The notes below the pieces were generated by a model. The model was not told where the DNA came from, made no database searches, and worked only from the letters and a program-made list of their open reading frames with translations. From Massilibacteroides sp. (GTDB lineage Bacteria; Bacteroidota; Bacteroidia; Bacteroidales; Tannerellaceae): DNA of 64,000 bases. Made by a program: the position numbers and the translations under genes. Below are positions 19,552 to 30,100 of the stretch, piece by piece; position 1 is the stretch's first letter, and each line of letters begins with the position of its first letter. Location of the stretch: contig NZ_JAQWCQ010000014.1 of assembly GCF_028705895.1 (NCBI RefSeq), forward strand, positions 609 through 64,608, in the 5' to 3' direction.

Positions 19552-20706
19552 ATGAAAAGACGAAATTTCTTTAAAGCTGTAGCAGCGGGAGGCTTGAGTA
19601 CTGCTTTTGCTCCGGTAATTAAAGCCGTTCCGGCAGAGAACCCGATAAAAACGTCCGACAAGCCTGAAACAAATATTGCAGAGGCAATGGCTGTGCCGCG
19701 AACGAAAGATTCTATGCCGGGATTATTTCCTGGAAACGTTGTGCGTGTAAATCATCCGAATTGTGTGATAGATGGTAAACCTTCTGATGAGGCTGCCTAT
19801 GAAATGCTTAAAAGCTCCATGTTGGCACTGACGGGAAAGAAATCCCTGAAAAAAGCCTGGAGGATGTTTGTAGGGCCGAAAGATATTATTGGACTGAAAG
19901 TAAACCCTGTGGCGGGAAAGTTATTGACTACCTCTCATGCTGTAACCGGAGCTATTGTGCGTCAACTTGAGGAGGCAGGTATTCCGCGTAAAAATATGGT
20001 GATATGGGATAGGCGAGAGATGCAGTTGCACGAAACAGGCTATACGGAAGAAAACTATCCGGGGATTCGTATTACAGGTACAGAATGTCAGGATGCGGAA
20101 GGGGGCTTCTATGCGGAAAATGGTAAACTTTACAGTGATGACCGTGTTGACAAGTCCCAGTTCTTATTTGCAGACGTTGAAGGAGAATACGATGCCTATA
20201 CGATGCCCTATATGGTGAATGGAGGAGTTAATTCCTACTTTACCCGAATCTGTACAGAAGAAGTGTCTAAGATTATCAATGTTCCTATTTTGAAAAATGC
20301 CGGATCGGCGGTGACTCTATGTATGAAGAATCTGGCTTTCGGGGCAATCTCCAATACCGGTCGTTTACATCAAAACCTCTGGCATGAGACTTGCGCTTAT
20401 GCCTGTGCCTTTCCTCCGCTTCGGGATAAAGTGGTGTTGAATATCGTTGACGGACTGCGTGGTTGTTTTGATGGAGGTCCGGCTGCTAATCCACAATTTA
20501 TATGTAATTATAATACCATGTTGGTCGGATCTGACCCGGTGGCTGTAGATCGTGTGGGGCATGATATTGTTATTAAAAAGCGAGTTGACGAAGAGATACA
20601 GAAGGAAGACAAGCCAACCTCATTACGCTTTATGCAATTAGCCGAAGAACTCAAATTAGGTGTTGCGGATATAAATAAAATAGACTTAAAAGAAATCAAC
20701 CTGTAA
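19552..20706 (+). CDS. Tat-signal DUF362-like protein
   Basis: 384-aa ORF with N-terminus KRRNFFKAVAAGGLSTAFA. The C-terminal block IVDGLRGCFDGGPAANP...LVGSDPVAVDRVGHDIV resembles DUF362 as I remember the family. Confidence 0.55.
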   Translation: MKRRNFFKAVAAGGLSTAFAPVIKAVPAENPIKTSDKPETNIAEAMAVPRTKDSMPGLFPGNVVRVNHPNCVIDGKPSDEAAYEMLKSSMLALTGKKSLKKAWRMFVGPKDIIGLKVNPVAGKLLTTSHAVTGAIVRQLEEAGIPRKNMVIWDRREMQLHETGYTEENYPGIRITGTECQDAEGGFYAENGKLYSDDRVDKSQFLFADVEGEYDAYTMPYMVNGGVNSYFTRICTEEVSKIINVPILKNAGSAVTLCMKNLAFGAISNTGRLHQNLWHETCAYACAFPPLRDKVVLNIVDGLRGCFDGGPAANPQFICNYNTMLVGSDPVAVDRVGHDIVIKKRVDEEIQKEDKPTSLRFMQLAEELKLGVADINKIDLKEINL

Positions 20707-20707
20707 A

Positions 20708-21472
20708 ATGAAGTACTGCTTATATCTGCTTTCTTTCTTTTTAATGCTGCCTTTATGTAGTAAGGCGGAAGATATTACAGTGAAGAGAGAGCGTGTTTTT
20801 ACAGGAACCGGTTTGTATGGTTTTATGAACGGAGGTGCAGATTTGTTCTTAGAATATGGAGTGCAGAAGTTGACTACCCGTGATCTTGTATATCTTGATG
20901 AAGAATATATTTTGGATATTTACGAAATGCCTACGCCTGAAGATGCTTTTGGTATTTATTCTGTTCATACGTTCAAATGTATTGAGGCGGACAGGGGAGA
21001 GGGGATAAACTGTCTTTCTGCATATCAGTTGCAATGTGTGATAGGTAATCAATATGTGTCTTTGGTATTTACATCTGGTTCAGACAAGGCTAAAGCAAAT
21101 GCGGATCAGGTGATGGCTTTTTTTACGGCTGACTTAAATAAGGATGAGGTGTCCTTTCCGGAACAGATAGCAATACCGAAACCCTATTCGGGAGTTGTTA
21201 AATTCCTGCGGGGACAGATCTCTCTTTCCGCCGCTTGTCTTTCATTAGCAACCTTATTAAAAGAAATTCCCTATACATGTGTATGGCTCTTACCTTCAGA
21301 AGAACAAGATGAGAAATACGCTCTTATTTGTTTCGATAATAAGGAAAAAGTAACTGAAACAGGTAAAAAAATGGAGAAAAAGGATGTGTTAAGTAAAGGT
21401 GAAGACTGGCTTTATGTACGGATTCGCGAAGATAAACAAATAGAAGAAGATTACGGGCCGTTTGGTTTTTGA
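20708..21472 (+). CDS. Secreted protein of unknown function, translationally coupled to the DUF362-like gene
   Basis: 254-aa ORF with a signal peptide. Its ATG is 1 nt after the upstream TAA. No family recognised with confidence. Confidence 0.45.
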   Translation: MKYCLYLLSFFLMLPLCSKAEDITVKRERVFTGTGLYGFMNGGADLFLEYGVQKLTTRDLVYLDEEYILDIYEMPTPEDAFGIYSVHTFKCIEADRGEGINCLSAYQLQCVIGNQYVSLVFTSGSDKAKANADQVMAFFTADLNKDEVSFPEQIAIPKPYSGVVKFLRGQISLSAACLSLATLLKEIPYTCVWLLPSEEQDEKYALICFDNKEKVTETGKKMEKKDVLSKGEDWLYVRIREDKQIEEDYGPFGF

Positions 21473-21529
21473 AGAAAAATATTTTCTATTTTTGCTTTTG
21501 GTTGACAAAACGAAGTTTAAAAAGAAAAT

Positions 21530-22408
21530 ATGATGACAAAAACAAACTCTGCTCCAGGTAAAGCTACCTTGTTAATATATTCGCCAGACCGTTCGGGTTT
21601 AGTGGCTGCCGTAACAGATTTCATAAGTGTAAATCGTGGCAATATTCTTTATTTAGAACAACATGTTGATAGACATGAAGGTATATTTTTTATGCGTGTT
21701 GAATGGGATTTGACCGATTTCCTTATACCGCAAGAAAAGATCGGGGAATACTTTCAGACACTCTATGCACAGCAATACGAGATGACATTCCGTTTGTACT
21801 TTAGCGATTATAGGCCGCGAATGGCTGTCTTTGTTTCTAAAATGTCTCATTGCCTGTTTGATATTCTTGCACGCTATACTGCGGGTGAGTGGAAAGTGGA
21901 TTTGCCGGTAATTATCAGTAATCACGAAGATTTGCGATGGGTGGCTGATAAATTTGGAATCGAATACTACGTGTTCGATATGAAAAAAGGGCAGAAAGAA
22001 GAGGTGGAAGCTGCTCAGATGGCATTGCTAAAAGAGAAGAAAATCGACTTTATCGTACTTGCACGTTATATGCAAATCATTTCCGAAAACTTTATCAAAT
22101 CATATCCTAACCGTATCATTAATATTCACCATTCATTCCTGCCTGCTTTCGTCGGAGCCAAGCCTTATCATGCTGCTTACGAGAGAGGGGTAAAGATAAT
22201 TGGTGCTACGAGTCATTATGTGACAACCGAATTGGATGCCGGACCGATTATAGAACAAGACGTAACCCGCATTACGCACAAGAATTCAGTTGAAGATCTT
22301 ATTCAGAAAGGAAAAGACTTGGAAAAGATCGTTCTTTCCCGTGCAATAGAGAACCATATTAACCGAAGGATTCTGGTTTATAAAAACAAAACAGTCGTGT
22401 TTTCTTAA
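21530..22408 (+). CDS. purU: Formyltetrahydrofolate deformylase
   Basis: 292-aa ORF with an N-terminal ACT-like domain plus formyltransferase core (INIHHSFLPAFVGAKPYHAAYERGVKIIGATSHYVTTELDAGPIIEQDV). Confidence 0.9.
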   Translation: MMTKTNSAPGKATLLIYSPDRSGLVAAVTDFISVNRGNILYLEQHVDRHEGIFFMRVEWDLTDFLIPQEKIGEYFQTLYAQQYEMTFRLYFSDYRPRMAVFVSKMSHCLFDILARYTAGEWKVDLPVIISNHEDLRWVADKFGIEYYVFDMKKGQKEEVEAAQMALLKEKKIDFIVLARYMQIISENFIKSYPNRIINIHHSFLPAFVGAKPYHAAYERGVKIIGATSHYVTTELDAGPIIEQDVTRITHKNSVEDLIQKGKDLEKIVLSRAIENHINRRILVYKNKTVVFS

Positions 22409-22410
22409 AC

Positions 22411-23775
22411 TTACAGTTTTCCCAATTCGGTTCCCTGACGGATGCGGTCAGCCATACCAATTCCGCCTTTGATGTTGCCTGCTAAATGGAGACCGGGATA
22501 GAGGCGTTCGATTGTTTCGATCGTTTTAAACCGTTCTCCGCTATTGAGTTCATACTGTGGAATAGCACGGGGATGACGAAAGATATGAAGCATATCCGGT
22601 TTTGTCCCCTTCGGAAATTTAAGCATATCGTGAAGTTCACGTTCAATAAGGGCTTTCAATTCGCCGTCGGTCAATTCTGTTAAGTCTTTGTGGTTTACAC
22701 CACCGATAAAAAAGGAAAACAAAGCTCCTTTTTCCGGTGCTCTACCCGGGAAACAGGCGGAGGGATAAAGAATGCCTAATACGTTTTTCTTTTCACAAGA
22801 TGGAACTAATCCGCCAAAACCATTGAACTGTAATTTTCCCGTGTCCTTGATTCCGACCGACACTTGTACGATAGGGGCATACTTCAGGTTACTGATCTTT
22901 TGTATATCTTCTTTTAGAATGAAAGGTAGGAGAGCAGGCAGACTGTAAGCCCCAACAGTTGTAATTATCTTGTCGGCCTGTATTCTTTGATTGCCATTTT
23001 CGTCTGCATAAACGACCTCCCACCCTGTATTTCCTGGCTTTATCTGTATGTCTGCTGCAGATAAGATAATATGATCCTCTCCGATTCGCTTCGTTAATGC
23101 TGCCGATAATTCACCCAAACCTCCTTCGGCAGAAAAAACTTGTTTGGTGGCCAAGCGGTCACGATCCGTTTTGGGTAGCTTCGCTTTGGCTATTGTCCCG
23201 CGGATAAACCCTCCGTATTGTTGTTCTAAATTATAGAGCTTAGGAAGTGCATAACGGGTCACTAATTTCATCGGATCTCCGGCATAAACTCCCGAAAGAA
23301 ATGGATCTACTGCATAGTTAAGGTAAGATTTACCTAATCTTCGACGAGCAAGTTCACCAACCGATTCATCGGGATCCGTACCTTTTGCACGAAACGGTTC
23401 TCCAAGAATCCGGAATTTATCCGTAAAAGAGAATAAAGGAGTAAACAAGGCTGAGAACAACCCGGATGGCAGTTCCCTGAAATGATCCCCTTTCCATATA
23501 TAACGACGCTTAGCCTCTTCACGGGCTGTCTGCAATTTGCAATCAGGAGTTAATGCAGCAAATAACTCGGCCACTTCCGGATAAGAAATAACTCCGGTGT
23601 TCGGTCCGCTTTCATACGTAAAACCATCTTTCTGATAAGTATGTATTTGTCCGCCTGTACGATTTGAACGCTCAAGGAGTAAAACATTCTTTCCTCTTTG
23701 TTTTAAATAAAAAGCCGCGGTCAACCCGGTTAGCCCGGCACCGACAATCACTACATCAACCTGCCTTACATGCAT
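22411..23775 (-). CDS. hemY: FAD-dependent protoporphyrinogen/coproporphyrinogen oxidase (HemY type)
   Basis: 454-aa ORF with the dinucleotide fold VVIVGAGLTGLTAAFYL. It aligns by eye with B. subtilis HemY blocks (GGQIHTYQKDGFTYESGPN; LSGVYAGDPMKL; PQYELN...GLHLAGN). Confidence 0.75.
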   Translation of the reverse strand: MHVRQVDVVIVGAGLTGLTAAFYLKQRGKNVLLLERSNRTGGQIHTYQKDGFTYESGPNTGVISYPEVAELFAALTPDCKLQTAREEAKRRYIWKGDHFRELPSGLFSALFTPLFSFTDKFRILGEPFRAKGTDPDESVGELARRRLGKSYLNYAVDPFLSGVYAGDPMKLVTRYALPKLYNLEQQYGGFIRGTIAKAKLPKTDRDRLATKQVFSAEGGLGELSAALTKRIGEDHIILSAADIQIKPGNTGWEVVYADENGNQRIQADKIITTVGAYSLPALLPFILKEDIQKISNLKYAPIVQVSVGIKDTGKLQFNGFGGLVPSCEKKNVLGILYPSACFPGRAPEKGALFSFFIGGVNHKDLTELTDGELKALIERELHDMLKFPKGTKPDMLHIFRHPRAIPQYELNSGERFKTIETIERLYPGLHLAGNIKGGIGMADRIRQGTELGKL

Positions 23776-23851
23776 CTCTTTCTGTCTATATGTTTATGCA
23801 AATTTACGGAAAAATCTTTTTTTTGCCTATCTTTGTGTAATAGGAATAAAA

Positions 23852-25621
23852 ATGCAGGAAATGGACAATTATATTGTATCAGCAAGAAAGTACCGCCCAT
23901 CAACTTTTCGTAGTGTAGTTGGACAGAAATCATTGACTACTACTTTGAAAAATGCTATACAAACAAATAAATTAGCCCATGCTTATTTGTTCTGTGGGCC
24001 GCGCGGCGTAGGTAAAACATCCTGCGCGCGTATTTTTGCCAAAACGATCAACTGTCTCCACTTAACGCCTGAAGGAGATGCTTGTAACGAATGCGAATCG
24101 TGCAAGGCGTTTAACGAACAGCGTTCCTATAATATACATGAATTAGATGCTGCTTCTAATAATTCTGTGGACGATATTCGTTCGTTGATCGATCAGGTAC
24201 GTATCCCTCCCGCTATCGGAAAATATAAGGTGTTTATCATTGATGAGGTGCATATGTTAAGCTCTGCTGCTTTCAATGCATTTCTGAAAACATTGGAAGA
24301 ACCGCCCCATCACGCTTTATTTATTTTAGCGACAACTGAAAAACATAAAGTACTGCCTACAATACTTTCCCGTTGTCAGATTTATGATTTCGCACGTATC
24401 TCTATTGCCGATATGGTAGAGCATCTGGAATATGTGGCCTCTTGTGAAGGAATAACAGCTGAACCGGAAGCTCTGAATGTAATTGCGCAAAAGGCAGACG
24501 GCGGAATGCGTGATGCTTTGTCTATCTTTGATCAGGTAGCCAGTTTCAGTGGTGGTAATATCACTTATAAATCGGTTATTGATAACCTGAACGTTTTAGA
24601 TTATGAATACTATTTCCGTTTGACCGATGCCATAGTAGCCGGAAATGTACGGGAAGCAATGCTTATTCTTAACGATATCTTAGGTAAAGGTTTTGACGGA
24701 CAAAATATTATAACCGGATTGGCTTCTCATTTCCGTGATTTATTGGTCTGCCGCGATGAGGCAACGCTAATTCTGTTTGAAGTCGGTTCTTCTATCCGCG
24801 AACGTTACAAAGAAATGGCTAAACGTTGTTCTGAATCACTGTTATATAAAGCAATTGAATTAGCGAATGGTGCAGACCTGAATTATCGTACAAGTAGAAA
24901 TAAACGATTGCTTCTGGAGTTAACGCTAATTCAGTTATGTCAGTTAACGGTTGCCGCAACTGAAGATAGTAAAAAAAAAGGCCTGATTGAACCGCTGCCT
25001 AACCAAGCAGATCAACAATACCGGGCTTCTCAGCCTGTTTCCAAACCTGCAGTATCAAATGCTGCTGCTCAACCGCAGGTAATAACAACTAAAATGCCTG
25101 CTGATACGCCCGTTTCCGCTGCTCCCGAGAGGCCGACGGAAACTCCGGTAAAGAAAAATGCAGCTCGTCCGCCAATGGGAATCTCTTTAAAGGAGATAGT
25201 GAAAGAGAAACCTCAGGAAGAAGTAAATACGAATACACAAGTTGTAGGAAAAGTACTGAGCACGCCTTTTGAAGAAGAGAGCCTGATCAGGTATTGGGAT
25301 GAATTTTCAACCCAGATAGATAAGAAAGTCTATCTGAAGAATACGATGATTAATTGTAAACCGGTTTTGCAGGAAAACTTTTATTTTGAGGTGGCAGTTC
25401 ATAATCCCGGACAACAGGATGAGTTGGCTACAAACAGTGTCGATATCTTAACCTTTTTACGTTCAAAACTGAACAATACGCAAATACAAATGCGCATCCG
25501 GATTGTTGAAACAAATGAAAAGCATCTTGCTTATACAGCAACCGAGCGATATGAACATTTGTTAAAAGAAAACCCTGTTCTCGCCCGGTTGAAAGAGGAG
25601 TTTAATCTAAGAATAGATTAA
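23852..25621 (+). CDS. dnaX: DNA polymerase III subunits gamma/tau
   Basis: 589-aa ORF with YRPSTF, Walker A GPRGVGKTS, zinc module CNECESC, DEVHML and SRC motifs, and a low-complexity Pro/Ala/Gln-rich linker after aa ~376. Confidence 0.95.
   Translation: MQEMDNYIVSARKYRPSTFRSVVGQKSLTTTLKNAIQTNKLAHAYLFCGPRGVGKTSCARIFAKTINCLHLTPEGDACNECESCKAFNEQRSYNIHELDAASNNSVDDIRSLIDQVRIPPAIGKYKVFIIDEVHMLSSAAFNAFLKTLEEPPHHALFILATTEKHKVLPTILSRCQIYDFARISIADMVEHLEYVASCEGITAEPEALNVIAQKADGGMRDALSIFDQVASFSGGNITYKSVIDNLNVLDYEYYFRLTDAIVAGNVREAMLILNDILGKGFDGQNIITGLASHFRDLLVCRDEATLILFEVGSSIRERYKEMAKRCSESLLYKAIELANGADLNYRTSRNKRLLLELTLIQLCQLTVAATEDSKKKGLIEPLPNQADQQYRASQPVSKPAVSNAAAQPQVITTKMPADTPVSAAPERPTETPVKKNAARPPMGISLKEIVKEKPQEEVNTNTQVVGKVLSTPFEEESLIRYWDEFSTQIDKKVYLKNTMINCKPVLQENFYFEVAVHNPGQQDELATNSVDILTFLRSKLNNTQIQMRIRIVETNEKHLAYTATERYEHLLKENPVLARLKEEFNLRID
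24971..24979 (+). other. A9 homopolymer (three in-frame AAA codons) in dnaX; candidate recoding/slippage site for a truncated gamma product
   Basis: The run is codons 374-376 (KKK), directly after the conserved clamp-loader core. Reading A10 gives KKKRPD then TGA. Reading A8 gives KKKA then TGA. Confidence 0.45.
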
Positions 25622-25630
25622 ACGAAAATA

Positions 25631-26422
25631 TTATAATTCCCTGATCCAGATATTACGGAAACTGATCGCTTCGCTTGGGTCTCCATGATCTTGCAGGATA
25701 AGTGGTCCCGCTCCATGTTTTTTAACCTGCGGAAAACCAATATACTCGGTAGTACCAAGAATTGTTGTGTTATTTTGTAGCACGATACCATTCTGGATAA
25801 CCGTTACGCGAGGAGGAACACGGTATGTACCATCTTCTTTAAATACCGGAGCACTGTAAATAATGTCATATACATTCCATTCACCCGGTTTGCGCATAGC
25901 GTTTGCCAAAGGAGGAGTTTGCTTGTACACACTACCTGTCTGACCGTTCACATAAGTTTCATTATTGTAGCAGTCTAATATCTGTATCTCATATAATCCT
26001 TGAAGAAATACGCCACTATTACCGCGCGCCTGACTTTTTCCTGTGATTCCTTCCGGAATGCGCCATTCAATATGCAACTGAAAACTATCAAACTTTTGTT
26101 TCGTTTGAATATCACCGGTACCCTTCACTACCGTAAATGCACCATCCTGAACTTTCCATTTTGCTTCTCCTCCTTTAGCACTTTCCCAAGCAGAGAGGTC
26201 TTTTCCATCAAATAAAACTACAGCGTCTGATGGCGCCGAAAGAAAAGCATTTGAATTTGTATTTCCCGGAGTAACGATTGACGGCTGTGGTGTCCAATAC
26301 TCTGACATGCCCGGAGTCATCTTTTCTTGTTTTGGGTATTCTTTCTGAGCAGAAAGCGTGCCACAAGCAGCACAAGCCAATACCAAAAGACCTGCCTTTG
26401 TTGTTAAGTTTCTTTTCAACAT
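25631..26422 (-). CDS. DUF1080 (3-keto-disaccharide hydrolase-like, concanavalin-fold) secreted protein
   Basis: 263-aa ORF with a signal peptide. The family-typical C-terminus is PLILQDHGDPSEAISFRNIWIREL, with an internal block GNSGVFLQGLYEIQILD. Confidence 0.8.
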   Translation of the reverse strand: MLKRNLTTKAGLLVLACAACGTLSAQKEYPKQEKMTPGMSEYWTPQPSIVTPGNTNSNAFLSAPSDAVVLFDGKDLSAWESAKGGEAKWKVQDGAFTVVKGTGDIQTKQKFDSFQLHIEWRIPEGITGKSQARGNSGVFLQGLYEIQILDCYNNETYVNGQTGSVYKQTPPLANAMRKPGEWNVYDIIYSAPVFKEDGTYRVPPRVTVIQNGIVLQNNTTILGTTEYIGFPQVKKHGAGPLILQDHGDPSEAISFRNIWIREL

Positions 26423-26481
26423 GATATTATTATTAAAATTCGTAATTAACGTATATACAAAAGTACATTTTTTGATGACAT

Positions 26482-26937
26482 CTATTGATTGTGATTAAAT
26501 AATCTTTTTTCAGATAATGTCTCATATTTAGTTGCCGGACGCCCATAATTACAATACGGATAAATACTTATACCCCCTCTCGGAGTAAATATACCTGTCA
26601 CCTCAATATACTTAGGATCCATCAACCTGATCAGATCTTTCATGATAATATTTACACAATCTTCGTGAAACGCACCATGATTGCGAAAACTAAACAGATA
26701 TAGCTTCAGACTTTTGCTCTCCACCATCTTTATATCAGGAATATAATCAATGTGTATTGTTGCAAAATCCGGTTGTCCGGTAATAGGGCATAGACTGGTA
26801 AATTCCGGACAGTTAAATCGTACCCAATAATCATTCTCCGGATGCTTGTTTGTAAAAGCCTCCAATACTTCGGGGGCGTAGTCCTGTTTGTAAACCGTAT
26901 CGTTACCTAATAAATGTAATTCTTCACTTTCTTTCAT
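26482..26937 (-). CDS. queF: NADPH-dependent 7-cyano-7-deazaguanine (preQ0) reductase
   Basis: 151-aa ORF with the QueF motifs [14 protein letters not shown] and [20 protein letters not shown]. Confidence 0.9.
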   Translation of the reverse strand: MKESEELHLLGNDTVYKQDYAPEVLEAFTNKHPENDYWVRFNCPEFTSLCPITGQPDFATIHIDYIPDIKMVESKSLKLYLFSFRNHGAFHEDCVNIIMKDLIRLMDPKYIEVTGIFTPRGGISIYPYCNYGRPATKYETLSEKRLFNHNQ

Positions 26938-27120
26938 CTGATGTTCTTTTTTAATTTATAGAATTGCTGTATTATCCGAACAAACTTATAAAAAATATGA
27001 TGGATATATTTCTTGATGAATGAAAATCCGTCACAGAATCTTAATATGAAATTAACTGCCTTTTTATCTTGTTGGCTTTCCTTTGCGCACGAAAACAAGG
27101 ACTTAATATTAATTGAAACT

Positions 27121-30100
27121 ATGCAAAAAAAATTACTCTCATCTCGATTAAGACATTTTTTCGAGCAGAAAAAAAAGAGTTATTTCTCTTTAAGCTTATG
27201 GATGCTTCTTCTGTTGTTGTCGGTAAATGCCAATAGCCAAGGCGTTAACGGTTCAATAACGGGGACAGTGAATGACGAAAAAGGCGAACCTGTAATCGGA
27301 GCGTCTGTAATAGTTCCCAGAACAAGATTTATGACAATTACCGATATCGATGGAAAGTTTACGCTAAGTGATATTCCTGCCGGAAAAGTTTCTGTACAGA
27401 TAAGTTATATCTCATTTGAAACAATGGTGATGAATGATGTTCAGGTGTTTGATGGTAAAACTTCCACTCTGGATATTGTGCTGAAAGAAGGAACGCAACT
27501 TTTGGACGAGGTGGTTGTTGTGGGTTATGGCACAATGCGTCGTAAGGATGTAACGAGTTCGATTACAACGATACAGTCTGATGACCTGAATCAAGGAGTT
27601 TATACTGATCCGGCTCAGTTATTGCAAGGTAAGGTGGCGGGTTTGACTATTACGCAGTCAAGCGACCCGAACAGTTCTCCGGCAATTATGCTTCGTGGTG
27701 CTTCTACACTTCGTGAAGGATCAGCTATGCAACCCTATTATATTATAGATGGTGTGCCGGGAGTTGACCTTTCCTTAGTTGCTCCGGATGATATTGCGAC
27801 TATTGATGTGCTGAGAGATGCAACGGCAACAGCAATCTACGGATCGAAAGCGGCTAATGGAGTTATTATTATTACCACCAAACGAGGTAAGAAAGGACAG
27901 GCAAATGTGAGCTATAATGGTTATGTTGCTTTCGATAAGATTTCTAAAAATCTTGATCTGATGAGTGCAGAGGAGTTGCGTAATTATGCAGCAGCAAACA
28001 ATTTTACTTTACCTAACGATGAAGGGGCTGATACTGATTGGCAAAAGGAAATACAACGCACGGGAGTTTCCTATAACCACCACGTGGCTGTGAGCGGAGG
28101 TAACGATAAATCCAATTATAATATCGGTTTGAACTATATGGACCAACAGGGAGCCATACTGGGAACTGATAAAGAGCGCCTGAGCGGAAGAGCTTTGGCG
28201 CAGTCTAAAATACTGAAAGATCGCTTGACATTGTCACTCGGGGTTAATGCGAGTCAATCTACACACGAAGGTGTTGTTATGAATGATGGTGGAGGTAGTG
28301 TAACAGATGCGATGAACTACTATTCGCCGACTCAACCGGTAAAGAACGCGGATGGTTCATGGTATGAGTCTTTTGGCGTAACACAGTATTTTAATCCCTT
28401 ATCAATGATTAACGAAGACATTCAAAAGACGGTCTATAAAAAAATGATGATCACCGGTAAGGCTGACCTTAATCTGTTCAAGGGGTTGACCTGGAGTGCA
28501 AACTATTCATATATGAACGATCAGAGTACATATAGCGAATACCATACTACAAAATCCCAGTATGTTAGAAATAACGGACAGGCTACACGTAATACCTACT
28601 TTGGCAACAAGAGTGTGTTTGAAACGTATGCTAATTACGAAACCGTTCTGGCAGATGCACACCGTATCGGAGCAATGGCCGGATATTCATGGGAAGAAAC
28701 GAATAGTAACGACGGCTTTGGGGTGACTGTGAAAGATTTTTATAACGACTATGTAAAATATTATAACCTCACATACGCGAATGTAATTGATGGCATTGAC
28801 GGGGTAGAGAGTGGGGCAGAATCTACTTTGCGAATGATTTCTTTTTACGGACGTTTGAATTATGCTTATAATGGTAAATATAGTTTGCAGGCTACGTTAC
28901 GTCGTGATGGATCTTCTGCTTTCGGAAAGAATAATCGTTGGGCAACGTTCCCTTCTGTTTCAGTAGCATGGCGGTTAGGCGAAGAAGACTTTATTAAGAA
29001 TACAGGGGTGTTTGATGATTTGAAATTACGTGTAGGGTATGGCGTGAGTGGTAACTCGTTAGGATTTGATGCCTATACCGCCATCAAAACTTATGGTGAG
29101 TCCGGTTGGTTCAGCTATACGGATGCTGATGGAAATACATCTAACAAACATACATTGGCTGCAACCAATAACTCCAATCCGGATTTGAAATGGGAGAAGA
29201 CGGGGATGTTCAATGTCGGTCTGGATTTTGCATTTCTGAATAGCCGCCTGAACGGTACGATCGAGTATTACGACAAGCGTACAAGCGACTTGATTTATTA
29301 CTATCCCGTGTCAACGAATCGCTATCCCTTTGGTACGATGACTGCAAATGTGGGCGATATCAGTAATAAAGGTATTGAGTTTACACTAAATGCAATACCG
29401 GTACGTACAAAGGAATTTGAATGGAGCTCAACGATCAACCTGGCGCACAACAAGAATGTGGTAGAAAAACTATCTAACGAGACTTTCTCTGTCGATTATC
29501 AGAACATTGCTTATCCTTCTATTGCCGGAAATAGTGGCGTTTACGTGCAACGCCTGATGGAGGGATCGCCTATCGGACAATTCTATACATATGAGTGGGC
29601 TGGATATAATGAAGAAGGCGTTTCCCAATTTTACGAACGCGATCCGGAAACAGGCGAACGTACGGGTGAAATGACAACCTCCCCTAAAGATTCTGACCGG
29701 ACAAAGACAGGAAGTGCACAACCTAAACTGACTTATGGGTGGAATAATACATTGAACTACAAGAACCTGTCATTAAGTATGTTTTTCCAGGGTGTATTAG
29801 GAAATAAAATATTTAATGCCTTGCGGGCACAATACAACTCCATCTCATTGATATCGTCAGGAAAGAATGTGCTGAAAGAAGTGGCGACAGATCAGAAATT
29901 TACGGATGTGAATGCACAGACTCCTTCAGATCGCTATATAGAAAATGGAAGCTATCTGCGTCTGGCTACTCTGTCATTAGCATACAACTTCGGGAATCTG
30001 GATGGTTGGATCAATAACCTGACACTTTACGCCACTTGCAACAATGTATTCACGCTGACTGAATATAAAGGTTCTGACCCCGAAGTGCAATTGGGTGGAC

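Noticed and set aside
27013-27120. N-terminal extensions offered by the ORF track: SusC from TTG 27013, SusC from 2874, SusD from GTG 37629, hemolysin III from TTG 49628, and XRE from 33038.
   Set aside because: The track takes the longest ORF, including TTG/GTG starts. In each case an internal ATG is directly followed by a proper signal peptide or conserved N-terminus, so I used the shorter coordinates.
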